In this document: positions 1-12,585 of the stretch, piece after piece
Layout of the letters: the number at the start of each line of letters is the position of its first letter
How positions within the stretch are numbered: the stretch's first letter is position 1
Assembly (NCBI RefSeq): GCF_030028105.1
Contig: NC_092383.1
Span: 97,301,604-97,365,603, forward strand
From: Mobula birostris
Taxonomy: Eukaryota
Length of the DNA: 64,000 nt
Reading direction: 5' to 3'
The notes under the pieces: model-generated
The model's database searches: none
Told to the model about the DNA's origin: nothing
The model's input: the letters and a program-made list of their open reading frames with translations, nothing else
Position numbers and translations under genes: made by a program

Positions 1-1179
1 CTTGCCTTGCCTCGCCTCGTCTCGTCTCACCTGAAGCCTTGCCTTGCCTCACTTTTAGACTCGCCTGAAGCCTTGCCTTGCCTCACCTTTAGACTCACCT
101 GAAGCCTTGCCTTGCCTTGCCTCGCCTGAAGCCTTGACTTGCCTGTATCCTTCGCCTGCACCGCTGTCAAGTTCAACTGCCGGAGCAAGATAAGGAACTG
201 GCTATCTAGTGTTGGAAACTGTCCCTCTATGTCCACGCCTTCACTAGGTAGGTCTGGCCGTTTGCCACTACCTAGTGTTGGGATCCGTCTCTGTGTTCAC
301 GCCTTCACTAGGTAGGTCCAGCTGTTTGCCACTACCTAGTGTTGGAAACTGTCTCGTTGTGTTCAGCATTCTGTGTATGAATTCTGGCCCTACGTCCTGT
401 TCGCAAGGAGGAGACCTGGCTCTGTGTTCCATGTCCCTGTGTTCCTGTCTCTCCCTTGACTAAGGCTTTGCGTTCCTGTCTCTCCCTCAACCAAGTCAAG
501 GCTTCCGCCTTTGTGTTCCAAGGTTCCTGTTTCCCTAGACCACGTCATGTCTTCGCCTAGTTCCAGAGTCCAAGCCCGAGTCAAGACCCAGGTTCTGGGT
601 CCTTGTCCAGTCTCTGGCTTAGAGTCAGAACCCAAGCCTCGTCATTTCCATGCCTTGAAGAAACCAAGCCTTGAGGAACCCAAGAACCTCATCTAGTCCA
701 AGGCACATCTAAGAACCTCATCTATTCCAGGTCCAGTGCAAGAACCTCATCTTGTCCAAGCCCAGTGCAAGAACCTCGTCTAGTCCAAGCCCAATCCAAG
801 AACCTTGTCTAGTCCAAGTCAAGGCTTTGTGTTCTCGTCCTGTGCAGGAGATCCATGTCCTGTCCTTGCCAAGATGCTTGTCTCGAGTCCTAGCCTAGAC
901 CCGGTTCTGGTTCCAAGTCAAAGCCGAGGTTCCAAGACCCACGCTCTGGGTTCTTGTCCAGGCACTTGTTTTGGAGTTCAGAGTCCTTGTCTAAGTTCCA
1001 AGTTCCTAGTTCCTCGTCCAGGTCCTGCTTTCCTAGTCATGTCCTAGCCCAAGTCTATGTTTTTGTCCCAGCTCCTAGTCTGCATCCAGTCCCGTCCCTA
1101 ACTCTAGTCTAGTTCCTTGTACATCAGCGTCTGTGTCTTGCGTTTGGGTCCACCACCACCACCACCCCCCGTTATGACA
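1..1179 (+). mobile_element. LTR-like repeat (3' part, runs off the window start) with internal simple and tandem repeats
   Basis: Low-complexity CCTTG/CTCGC and CCAAG/CTAGT repeats ending in ...GCGTTTGGGTCC...GTTATGACA (CA terminus at 1179), resembling fish Gypsy-type LTR ends from memory. No internal pol ORF seen. Confidence 0.4.
206..350. repeat. Tandem repeat of about 65 bp, each unit containing a 10-bp inverted repeat
   Basis: CTAGTGTTGG recurs at 206, 272 and 336. CACTAGGTAG (242, 306) is the reverse complement of CTACCTAGTG (268, 332). Confidence 0.75.
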
Positions 1180-1430
1180 GATTCCTTCTTCCCTAGCCCC
1201 TGATCTTTCCAACCCACCTGGCTTCATCTATCACCTTCCAGGTAGTCTCCTTCCCCTCTGCCCAGCTTTCATTCTGCTATCTTCCCCCTTCTTTCTCAGT
1301 CCTGAAGAAGAGTCTCAGCACAAAACATCGACTGTTTACTCTTGTCCATAGATGCTGCTTGACCTGCTTGCATTCCAATAGCATTTTGTGTGTGTTGCTT
1401 TGGATTTCCAAATTCTGCAGACTCTCTCAT
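1180..1430 (+). mobile_element. Penelope-like element 3' end remnant with degenerate hammerhead motif
   Basis: AGTCCTGAAGAAGAGTCTCAGCACAAAACATCGACT at 1298-1333, followed by GATGCTGC...TTGGATTTCCAAATTCTGCAG, matching the Penelope termini elsewhere in this window. Confidence 0.55.
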
Positions 1431-1838
1431 GATTATAACCTCACATATTCCCACATGACTCTTCATTTGTAAGATCCTTTCACATTCATTTAATCTGTCT
1501 GTACTCGATTATAATCAACCTAGTGCCTTTTACAACTTGGTCTCTGATTTCATTTGTTCCCATCATCCAAGTCATGTTAACATTTGCCAATAAGTGGAGA
1601 CCTCACTATGACTGCTGTGACTCACTGCTTGTCATTTCTTACCCATTGATGCCTATGGTGATTCCTTCCAATACATTACACACTTCTCTGCAAACTCTTC
1701 TTCTCCAATAATCTTTGTTGCAGCATTTAACCAAATAACTCCCAGGAACGTAATTAGCTTGCACCGTTTCCTTTCCAGGAAGCTGGTCACTATTTCCCTT
1801 CTTGTTCAAATTGAGGCATCAAAAGCCATATCCCTTTC

Positions 1839-2452
1839 TCAAAGAACACTGAGGCTGTCTACAAGAAGGGTCAGAGCCGTCTCTATTTCCTGAGGAGACT
1901 GAGGTCCTTTAACATCTGCTGGACGATGCTGAGGATGTTCTATGAGTCTGTGGTGGCCAGTGCTATCATGTTTTCTATTGTGTGCTGGGGCAGCAGGCTG
2001 AGGGTAGCAGACACCAACAGAATCAACAAACTCATTCGTAAGGCCAGTGCTGTTGTGGGGATGGAACTGGACTCTCTGACGGTGGTGTCTGAAAAGAGGA
2101 TGCTGTCTTAGTTGCATGCCATCTTGGTCAATGTCTCCCATCCACTGCATAATGTACTGGTTGGGCACAGGAGTACATTCAGCCAGAGACTCATTCCACC
2201 GAGATGCAGCACAGAGCATCATAGGAAGTCATTCCTGCCTGTGGCCATCAAACTTTACAACTCCTCCCTTGGAGGGTCAGACGTCCTGAGCCAATAGGCT
2301 GATCCTGGACTTACTTCATAATTTACTGGCATAACTTACATATTACTAATTAACTATTTATGGTTCTATTACTATTTATTATTCATGGTGCAACTGTAAT
2401 GAAAACCAATTTCCCCCGGGATCAATAAAGTATGACTATGACTATGACTACT
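1839..2452 (+). mobile_element. Rex1/Babar-like LINE, 3' end of ORF2 plus tail
   Basis: Post-RT peptide LRRLRSFNIC..MLRMFYESVVASAIMFSIVCWGS...SFLPVAIKLYN with an internal stop, then AATAAA and a (GACTAT)n tail. Confidence 0.7.
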
Positions 2453-2479
2453 ATTCAGTGAATTTCTATGGCTCCAGTA

Positions 2480-2836
2480 TATTTCATGTAGATTCCAAAT
2501 GAAATTTCATTCTTTGCATTTTTAATCCAGCCACACTACAAGAAAGTATGTGAGAAAGATTGTGCTGACATTGGAGAGGTTTCAAAGGAGGTTCACTCAA
2601 GTAATTCTGGGAGTGAAAGGCTTATCATAAGAGGATCACTTGGTGGCTATGGGCCTTTCTCACTGGAGTTCAGAAGAATGGGGGGATCTCACTGAAACCG
2701 ATCAAATGGTAAAAGTCCTCGATAGAGGTGATGTGGAGAGGATGTTTCCTATGGTGGAGGAGTCAATTATACTAAAATGGCAGAACAGACTAGATGGGCC
2801 AAATGGCTTAATTCTGCACCTATATATTATGGTCTT
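2480..2836 (+). mobile_element. CR1 LINE 3' fragment, degenerate
   Basis: Homologous to the CR1 C-terminal region seen in other copies (..GDLTETDQMVKVLDRGDVERMFPMVEES..). Confidence 0.6.
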
Positions 2837-3151
2837 GTGTGAGCACGTGGCCAAGTGGTTAAGGCATTGGACTAGCTACCTGAAGGTCGTGAGTTCGAAC
2901 CCCAGCCGAGGCAGCGTGTTGTGTCCTTGAGCAAGGCACTTAACCACACATTACTCTGCGACAACACTGGTGCCAAGCTGTATGGGTCCTAATGCCCTTC
3001 CCTTGGACAACATCGGTGTCGTGGAGAGGGGAGACTTGCAGCATAGGCAACTGCTGGTCTTCCCTGCAACCTTGCCCAGGCCTGCGCCGTAGAGAGCGAA
3101 GACTTTCCAGGCACAGATCCATGGTCTCGCAAGACTAACGGATGCCTTTTT
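2837..3151 (+). mobile_element. tRNA-derived SINE with 14-bp target-site duplication
   Basis: A-box TGGCCAAGTGG at 2848, B-box GTTCGAACCC at 2893, T-run tail, flanked by TATATTATGGTCTT at 2823-2836 and 3152-3165. Confidence 0.8.
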
Positions 3152-3289
3152 TATATTATGGTCTTAAAAGAGTTCAGGAAATGAAAGTCCATTTACAGCT
3201 CTGATTTTTGAATTTTCTTTGCATTGAGAAAGTAATCTTTTTTTTAATCTCTCCTAGCAAAGTGCATAACCAAACATTGCTCAACACTA

Positions 3290-6200
3290 TTCCATCTGCC
3301 ACTTCTTTGCCCATTTTCCTAATCTGCCAAAATCCTTCTCTGGACTGTCTGCTTTCTCAACATTACCTGCTCTTTCATCCTTCATCTGTCTTCATGTCAG
3401 CCGCAGACTTGGCCACAAAGCCATCAATTCCATCATCTAAATCATTGACATATAACATAAAAAGAATCGGTCCCAATATTGACCCATGGGGAACACCACT
3501 AGTCACTGGCAGCCAACCAGAAAAAGCTTCCTTTATTCTCACACTTTGCCTCCTGTCAATCAGTCACTGTTTTATTCATGCTAGTACGCAACATCCATTG
3601 ATTCTTCATTGTCTATCCTGTTTATTTTTTCTTCAAAGAATTCCAACAGATTTTCGCTTAAAGAAACTATGCGGACTATGGCCTATTTTATCATGTACAT
3701 CTTCCTAACCTCTGAGTTCAGACCAAATGGCCTATAATTTCCTTTCTTCTGTCTCCCTCTCTTTCTGAAGAGTGGATTGACATTTGCAATTTTCCAGTCA
3801 TCCAGGACCACGCCAGAATCCAGTGATTCTTGAAGGATCATTAGTAATCCCACCACAATCTCTTCAGCCCACCTCTTTCAAAACCCTGGGGTGTACACTG
3901 TCTCATCCAGGAGATTTATCTACCCTCAGGTTTTTGAGTTTCCCATGAACCTCCTCCCTAGTAATGGCAACTTGATTCATTTCTGTCCCCTGACACTCTT
4001 GAACATCCGATATACTGCTTGTGTCTTCCACAGTGAAATGATGTAAAGCATTTATTCATTTCATTGTGCCCCATTACTACATCGCCAACATCACTTTCCA
4101 ATGGTCCGATACCTACTCTCACCTCTCTTTTACACTTTATGTATCTGAAGATACTTTTGTTATCCTTTTTAATATTATTAGCTAGCTTACATTCATATTT
4201 GTATATCCTTTCTTTATGATTTTAGTTGATTTTTGAAAGCTTTCCAATCCTCTAACTTACCACTAATTTTTGTTGTATTATATGTCTTTTGCTTTTATGT
4301 TGGCTTTGAATTATCAGTCGCTGCTGTGTCATCTTCCCTTTAGAATACCTCTTCTTCTTTGGGATGTATCTATCCTGTGAATTCCGCCTTGCTCCCAGAA
4401 ACTCCAGCCTTTGCTGATCTACTGTCCTCCCTGCTAGTGTCCCCTTCCCATGATCGTGGGCCAGCTTGGCTCTATTGAATCTGTAATTCCCTTCACTCCC
4501 CTGTAATGCTGATACAATTGACTTAGCTGCTCTTTCTCAAACTGCAGAGTGAATTCTATCATATTATGAACACCTCTGCCAAAGGGTACAGTTCCTTAAG
4601 TTCCCTATTCAAACCTGTTCATTACACAACACCTTGTCCAGAATAACTGATCCCTGACTGGGCTCAATCACAAGCTGCACGAAAAAGCCATCTCATAGGC
4701 ATGCTACAGATTCTCTCTCTCGGGACCCAAAATCATCATCATTCTGATTTTCCCAAACTATTTGCGCATTGAAATCCCCCATGAGTGTTGTAGTATTGAC
4801 CTTCTGACATGCATTTTCAATCTCTCATCGATATTTGTACCCCTCGTCCTAGCTACTGTTCAGAGTTCTGCATGTAACTCCCATCAGGATCTCTTAACCC
4901 TTGCAATTCCTCAGCTCTGCCCACAACAATTCAATACCTTCCGACCCTATGTCACCTCTTTCTGATTATCTTATTTTATTTTTTACCAACACACCAATGC
5001 CACGCTCTCTGCCAACCTGTCTGTTTTTTTATTGATAAAATGTGTATCTTTGGTTGTTAAACTTTCAACTTTTATCTTTTATCAATAACTCCGTAATGCC
5101 CACAACCTCATACCTGACAATCTCTAAATGCACGACAAGATCATCCACATTATTGCATATACGGTGTACATTCAAATATAACACCTTCAGTCCTGTATCC
5201 ATCACCCTTTTTGGTTTTGTTCCCTGTTACACTGCAAATCATCCGACTGACTGTAATTTTGCTCTATTATGTGTCTGTTCTTCCTGACAGTCTCACTGCA
5301 CAATGCATTTAGTTGTATACCAATTAGCCCATCGTCAGCCCTATCACACTGGTCCCATCCCACTGTCAAATTATTTTAAATCCTCTCCAACAGATCTAGC
5401 AAAACCTGCCCATAAGGATATTGGTTCCCCTCAGGTTTATGTTTAACCCATCCTCTTTGTACAGGTCATAACTTCTCCAGAAGAGACCCCCGATTTAGAA
5501 ATCTGAAACCCTACCCCCTGCACCAGTTGCTTACCCACACATTCATCTGCCATACCATCCACTGGTGAGTGGCATAGGCAGCAATCCAGAGACTACAACC
5601 TTGGCGATCCTGCTTTTCAACTTTCTACCTAGCTCCTGAACTACTCTCTTCAGGACATGTCACCTTTCCTACCTACTGTATGTCATTGATGCCAATATGT
5701 GCCAAGGCTTCTGGCTAATTATCCTCCCCTTTTATAATGCCATGAGCTCAATCCGAGACATTCCTGACTCTGACACTTGGGATACAACATATTATCTGGG
5801 TGTCTCCATCACATCCACAGAATCTTATGTCTACTCCTCTAAGTGTGGAATTCCCTATCACTACTGGAATGCCCTTCTCTCTCGTACCCTCATGAGTCAC
5901 AAAGCCAGACTCAGTACCAGGGACCCGGTCACTGCAGCTTCCACTGGTAGATTATCCCCCCCAGTAGTATCCAAAGCAGTACACTTACTATTGAGGGGAA
6001 CGGACACAGGGATACATTTTACTGTCTGCCCATTTCCATTCCATTTCCTGACAGTCACCCAAGTACCTGCCTCCTGCAACGTTGAGGCGACTACCTCTCT
6101 GTAGCTCCTATTTATCATCTCCTCAGTTTCCCGTGTGAGCTGCAGCTTCAGTTCCCTCACATGATCTTTGAGGAGCTTCAACTCGGTGCACCTGGTGCAG

Positions 6201-6530
6201 ATGTGGTAGTCCAGGAGGCTGGAGGCCTCCCAGAATTCCCACATCTCACATAAAGAACACAACACAGCCTGTGGCGCCATTCTCACTGCTCTAGCTGTGC
6301 ACTAACAGACAAAGAACGAAGAACGATGAGGAAACTTACCAGATATGTACCATATACAATCCTGCTCTCAACAAAGGCTGATGAGCCAAAGCCTCCCCAC
6401 TCTAACACTGGTCAGCTGCAACAACGGCTGCTCCGCTTGGCCCTACCTTATTTTTATTTGCCCTTGCTAATGAATCACTACTTGATTGGGCCACAGGAAA
6501 AACGGAAAAAGCTTGTGAATGCTCCTTTTT
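3290..6530 (-). mobile_element. CR1 LINE, old and deleted, spanning ORF1 to the RT region
   Basis: ORF1-like MAPQAVLCSLCEMWE...CTRCTELKLLKDHVRELKLQL at 5897-6286, plus RT motif remnants (reverse strand of TSGVPQGSILGP near 3460-3510). Many stops. Confidence 0.7.
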
Positions 6531-6539
6531 AAATTTCAC

Positions 6540-7140
6540 TCATAAGTTTGTGATGGCTTCTCTCTTGTTTCCGATTCGATTATGCCACTGGAAAAACCCA
6601 GACTGACCTGAAAAGAATCCCGCACAAGAACTCCCAAGTCCCTTTGCATCCCTGATTTCGGAATTTTCTCCCCATTTAGAAAATACTCTACACCTTTATT
6701 CCTTCTACCAAAATGGAAGACCGTATGCTTTCCTGCTCTACATTCCATCCACCACTTCTTTGACCACTCTCCAAATCTGTCCAGGTCTCTCTGCAAACTC
6801 CCTGTTTCCTCTACACTACCTACCCTTACATCTTTCTTTGTATCATCACAAACATGCCACAAAGCCAGCAATTTCATCATCCAAATCACTGACATATAAT
6901 GTGAAAAGTCTCAGTCCTGACACCCAGCTGAACTCCATTAGTCAGTGCAACCAATCAGAGAAGGCCCTTTTTATGCCAGCTTTTATACATACTTTGATAA
7001 TAAATGTACTTTGAATCTTTGAATCTTGACAGTCTTGAATTTCTGGCATACTGCTAGTGTCTTCCGCAGTGAACAGTGATGCAAATTATTTCCTGAGTTT
7101 GTCCTCCGTTTCTTTGACCCCATTACTACCTCTCCAGTAT
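6540..7140 (-). mobile_element. CR1 RT fragment
   Basis: DDTK...LQRDLDRFGEWSKKWWME...HFGRRNK...QRDLGVLV in ORF 6536-6895. Confidence 0.75.
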
Positions 7141-7775
7141 CACTACTTACTGCAGTCCTATGTTAGCAACATGTTAATATAGTGGTTAGTGTGATGCTAT
7201 TACACCTCATGGCGTCGGAGTTTACCGTTCCTCATTTACCTGTGTCCTCATTTTCCTTATCAATCTGGCTGTTTCAAGCTGAATATTGTCCCATATTGTC
7301 TCACCTTTTGAATGGTTATTGGATTTGTTGGATTTCATTTTTATCAATCCAGTTACAGCTGCAAACTACTTCTAATCACTTTTACTCTCATAAATTCAAA
7401 AGAGTCATAGATCAAGGAACTGAATCCTTTGGAAACAAATCTGCACCAAATAATCAAACTTGTATTAATTCCAAACTAAGGTTATTTTTGTCTCCCTGCA
7501 GGCACTTCAACTCGTCTCAGATGCTACCGTTCACTGTAATTTACAGCCAATTGACCTACACGTCTTTGTGACATAGGAAGGAACTGGAATGGCTGGAGGA
7601 AAAACAATTAATGGGCTGAATGGCCTCCTCCTGATCCTAATTCCCATGTTTTGATGTTCTCCCTCCAATGGGAACCCATTAAATCTGGGGTGGAGGCGAT
7701 TTCTCAGCCAGATATTGCTGAGTTAGGTTATTGTGAATGTGATATTACTGTTAGAGTGAGTCAGGAACCATATTA

Positions 7776-8345
7776 ATAGAAACATAGAAACATAGAAAAT
7801 AGGTGCAGGAGTAGGCCATTCAGCCCTTTGAGCCTGCACCGCCATTCAGTATGATCATGGCTGATCATCCAACTCAGAACCATGTACCAGCCTTCCCTCC
7901 ATACCCCCTGATCCCTTTAGCCACAAGGGTCATATCCAACTCCCTCTTAAATATAGCCAATGAACTGGCCTCAACTGTTTCCTGTGGCAGAGAATTCCAC
8001 AGATTCACCACTCTCTGTGTGAAGAAGTTTTTCCTAATCTTGGTCCTAAAAGGCTTCCCCTTTATCCTCAAACTGTGACCCCTCATTCTGGACTTCCCCA
8101 ACATCGGAAACAATCTTCCTGCATCTAGCCTATCCAATCTCTTTAGGATTTTATACATTTCAATAAGATCCCCCCCTCAATCTTCTAAATTCCAATGAAT
8201 ATAAGCCTATTCGAACCAGTCTTTCATCGTATGAAAGTCCTGTCATCCCAGGAATCAATCTGGTGAACCTTCTTTGTACTCCCTCTATGACAAGGATGTC
8301 TTTCTTCAGATTAGGGGACCAAAACTGCACACGATACTCCAGGTA
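7776..8345 (-). mobile_element. CR1 3' end, same subfamily as 46359-46930
   Basis: EYRVQFWSPNLKKDILVIEGVQRRFTRLIPG...; tail reads (TTTCTATG)n on the minus strand. Confidence 0.85.
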
Positions 8346-9199
8346 CTTGATAGTGTTCACATTACAATAATTAGCCAGCTGGTGCTGTAGTGGCATCTGC
8401 ACAGGATATCAAGGCAAGTGGGTCTAGGTTCGAGTCTGGCTGGCTCCTTGCTTGCTTTCCATCCATGCTGGGTTGAACATCAAGCTAGCAACTAGGCCTT
8501 GTTAAAAAATGACAAATGCTAAAGAGATGACAAGATTGCTGCCTGTTGCGTCACAAGGCGCAGAGAGGAATGACAACATTACAATAATTACCTGGCTTTT
8601 ACACTTTCACAATTGTTTACCAATAACCTATTTTCTTTGTGGTATTTGATCCTCATTGTATCTCCATCTCCATTGGAGTTGCTTCTATCTGCCTGATGAA
8701 TGGAACTTTGCCTTCATTTGCTCAAAGTCAGTTTCCCATCCTCTCGGCAACTAGGTGTCAAGTTCAAATCTAATTATCTTTGAACCAAACACAAATATAG
8801 CCAAACAAAACAGTGTTTCTCTAGAGCCAAGGTACAAAACACATTACCAACAGCACACAGCACGGAATGTCCTGCAGCACAAGTGGTTACCATATAACAC
8901 ACCCGAATCCAGGTAAGGGTCAACAAAAGTGGTTGCCACAGGATACTCCAACAAAAATCCACAAATAGATCACACATCCAATGTGTTGATCAACCCAATC
9001 CTTTGGGCATGGGAAAGTATCAGACTTTACCCATTTTACAGCAAGACCCTGCTGGCAGCTTGTGTTCCAAAGCTTCCTCGCTCTCTCTCTCTCTCTCCTT
9101 ACTACTCAATATCCCAGCGGTCCATCGCAGCTTGTTATACTGACATCATAGCCCCGCCTCATCCAGCCTTTTTAAAGTGACACTCACAGTAAACGAAAC

Positions 9200-10250
9200 A
9201 GTGGTCACATGACATGTGAGCTCAATCGCAGTCTGCTGCGGGAGACAGACCTGAGAGATCTCACACCCCACGGATCAGAATAAAGCTCCACAGTCCCCTC
9301 ACATCTGGTCATGAACAACAGCTGATGGGCGGTGCAGTCTCCATAAACATCCACTCCCTCACTGACAGTAAGACCCAGCATGTGAGTGCCAGAGACAAGG
9401 CTGATCATTCACATCCATGTTCAGACAGAAGTGCTGAGTGGATGATCTCCCTCAGCTTCCTCCTGAGATCCCCCATCACAGAAACCAGTCTCCAGACAAT
9501 TCAGTTCATTCCCTGTGATATCAGATTACTGGATACAGCAACAACTATGGGACCAGACTACACCCAAGGTGTGGTACTGAAGACCAGTGCCACAGAACTA
9601 TGTGGATCTCTGTGCGAGTTGTTCCCGTACAGGTACATCATTGGCATCCCCTGACAATGTGGTTTTCTCGGATCCGGTCCTGTCCTCAACCCTGGGCTGA
9701 TCTCAGAGAAACCACCTGCTCTGAGACTTGGGGGAGCTGGACAGGAGGAAGAAGGGATAGAGGTGGATACTTCATTTTTGATGGAATCTCTGCATCCCTC
9801 AATGAAGGAGAAGGAGGTGACCTTCCTCCGAGGTGGAGGTTGCCCTGAGGTGCAGGAACCACGTGGTGGGGAAGTTGGCTCCTTCAGGGTGCCAAGGTCC
9901 ACACTGTGTTGTGGGAGTTGACTACGGGAGGGTGCCACCTTCTTCCCCTGTCATGGCCACAGTCTAAAGGAGGACACCGTCCCGAAGAGAAGGGACTGGG
10001 GAGACTCTCGGGATACAAACTCCTCTGTACATCAGGGTGATGCAACCATGATTCTTTTGCAAGGAAACCACTCTTTTCATCTCCATCAACGATGGCAATT
10101 ATCGCATCCTCTGGGGGAATTTCAGCTCCACCACTGGTACACAGTGGCCGCTGTGTGTACCTGTCAATGTCACTGCAGATACTCAGACAAGCTACTCCAA
10201 CCAACCCTCCCAAACTCGCCACCTCTACCCCCAAGAATGAATGTCTTGGA
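9200..10250 (+). mobile_element. Possible highly decayed Tx1/L1-clade ORF1 region
   Basis: Frameshifted pieces (SATELCGSLCELF; VRVVPVQVHHWHP; WGSWTGGRR) loosely resemble ZCCHC3-like Tx1 ORF1 motifs. Judged by eye only. Confidence 0.3.
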
Positions 10251-10370
10251 CACGGACAATCAGGCAGTGGGGTTCAGTAAAGAGTGGAATGGCCAGGATC
10301 TCCGTTCACCCATCAACTAGGATGTTTCAGGAACTGGTAAAACCCAGGCCCCTCGCCGCGTCTCACTCAC

Positions 10371-10673
10371 GGTTCTCTTCCGGTCGCACTCTCGCCTTAA
10401 GTTCAGCTCCAGAACCCTCAGCAATTTCCACCTCATAATCACCAGCATCCTCTCTCTGTAGATCACGGATTTCCAGACTGAAGTTCCCGGGATGAAGAGT
10501 TATCCGTCGCTTGTACTCCTCAGTACCGAAGTGGGAAATAGTCCCATTTTTATATTCTGCTACTGTGATTCCATTCGATCTCCACATCACCTGGGAAACA
10601 TCCAGCCCGACTGTGATCCCAGCAGGTAGGTAGACCAACTGTCTCCGTGCTCCTTTCACGGTTCGCATCCATT
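10371..10673 (-). CDS. CD2/SLAM-family V-set Ig exon V1 (gene A region)
   Basis: Acceptor ..GCTGACTGCCTCCTCTTGTCTCCTCAG| and donor |GTGAGT; 303 nt, phase 1-1. WMRTVKGARRQLVYLPAG...VMWRS...KRRITLHPGNFSLEIRDLQREDAGDYEV has the C-strand W and DxGxY motif and no B/F cysteines, as in CD2-type D1 domains. Confidence 0.8.
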
Positions 10674-11164
10674 CTGAGGAGACAAGAGGAGGCAGTCAGC
10701 AGGTGAGCTCAGTGACTGGAGCAGGAATCAGAGTGAGGAGGGTGTTGGGAGGATGTTTCCCCTCCTGTGGGATCTAGAACAAGGGCACAGTTTCAGAATA
10801 AGGGACCATAATTTCAGATGGAGATGAGGAATGATTTCCCCTCTCCAAGGATCAGGAACCAGAGGAATTTTCTCCCCCAGAGAGGTGCTGAGTCACTGTA
10901 TTCAAAGCTGAGAGTGATATAATTCTGAGGGTAGTGATATCTTTAAACATCATTACCTGTCATCTGTATGCCTGGAATTGCATGGGTTAAATTGAGAGTG
11001 TTTACTGGGAATTAGATATCACTACATCTTGGTAATGGCTTGTTTTCTGTGGACCCAGCTTGGGTTTAACTTACTGGTTCTCTCTCGCATTTTAATCTGA
11101 AGAGGAGTCGGGGATAGGGGGGGTTGTTGCTCGCCACCGCTTATGCGTAGGAAAGGGGAGCTGG

Positions 11165-11400
11165 GGGGGGGCGGGGGCAGTCTTAGTGGTTCTTACAATC
11201 GAATTCCCACTGCCCGTAAGGAGTTTGTACATTCTCCCCGTGTCCACGTGGGATTCCTCTGCATGCTCTGGTTTCCTCCCACAGTCCAAACATGTACCGA
11301 TTGGATGGTGAATCGGTCATTACAAATTGTCCTGTGATTAGGCTGGGTTACAATCGGGGGATTGCTGGGCAGTGTGGTTCAAATCCCGGAAAGGACTATT
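11165..11400 (+). mobile_element. HE1/V-SINE-like SINE fragment
   Basis: GTTTGTACATTCTCCCCGTGTCCACGTGGGATTCCTCTGCATGCTCTGGTTTCCTCCCACAGTCCAAA resembles the V-SINE central domain. Confidence 0.55.
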
Positions 11401-12585
11401 CCCTTCTCTTTCTCGATAAAATCTAAAAAAAACTCAAATAAAAAGTGTCTAATACCGGAGATGGTGCATTTACAGTGACAGGGGTAAATTCAAAGGAGAT
11501 GTGCAGGACAAGTTTTTCTTCACACAGAGAGTGGGGGTGGGAGCCTGAAATGGGCTGTCTGGAGTGGTGGCAGAGGCAAAGGCCAGAGAGATTTCTGAGA
11601 GGCTGTCAGATACACACATGTATGTGTAGAGAATAAAGGCATATGGAACACGAACAGTCAGAAGGGATTAGCTTAACTGGGTTCCATTAGCAATGAGTTT
11701 GGCAGCACATCATGAGCTGAGGAGCTGTTCCTATGATGTTCCATTCTCCACGTTCTGACATTCTCCCCCCTCCAATGGGACCCGTTAAACCTGGGGTGGA
11801 GGAGATTTCTCAGACAAATGTTGCTGAGTGAGGTAATTGTGAATGTGATATTACTGTTAGAGTGAGTCAGGAACCATATTGCTGTGTGTGAGTGTGCTGT
11901 TGTGTCCGTGTACTGTCACTCACTGGGACATTATATTCAGTGTAATGAACACACAGGGTCTCATTCAGCACAGCACAGCATGAAGGCTGAGGAATAAACA
12001 CCTTGCTGAGCTCAGACCTCAGTTTGGGGAATTAACAAGCACTGCTCTGGGAAATAGCCAGGACAACTGGGATTCCTGAACATGACAGACCAGGTACAAG
12101 AATTGAGCTACTAGAGAAATTGGATTCAGGCAGAATGTGTGCAGGAAAAGGGATAGCAGACATATCAGGTTGAGACCCTTCATCTAGACTCAAATAAGGG
12201 GATACAGCCAATATAATGAGGTGAAGCAAGAGCTGGATTCAGGTGGGGAGGAGATGATTTGTAGATGGAGCCACATGGGGAAGGTAAGGGTGGAATAGTG
12301 ACACGTTAGAGATCATGTCATCGGGCTGTAGATGACTCAGGTGGAATGTGAGGTGCTGTTCTTCAAATTTTCATCAGGCTTGGAGGTGGTTGGATGGAGA
12401 AGATAGATTGCTGTGGGAATGGTAAGGAAAAAGAAATCAGCTTGCAAACAGGAGCTCCATGGCCATTGTGGACACCTAAGCAGTTGTCTAGACTGAGCCT
12501 AGTGTCACCAACGTACCCTGACACTCTATTTAAGGGTGTTTCAGTAATGGGTGAAACCCAGGCCCCTCCACGATGTCTTACTCAC

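Noticed and set aside
2840-2915. tRNA gene (also near 22650)
   Set aside because: A/B boxes are present, but each is the head of a TSD-flanked SINE about 300 nt long.
9880-9910. SFRVPRSTL resembling a CENP-B/psq helix-turn-helix
   Set aside because: Only a short match, followed by a stop, with no transposase context.
1-10370. C2, transmembrane or cytoplasmic exons of gene A
   Set aside because: No NPVS/four-cysteine exon or TM exon could be recognised by eye; these are presumed to lie left of the window or to be absent.
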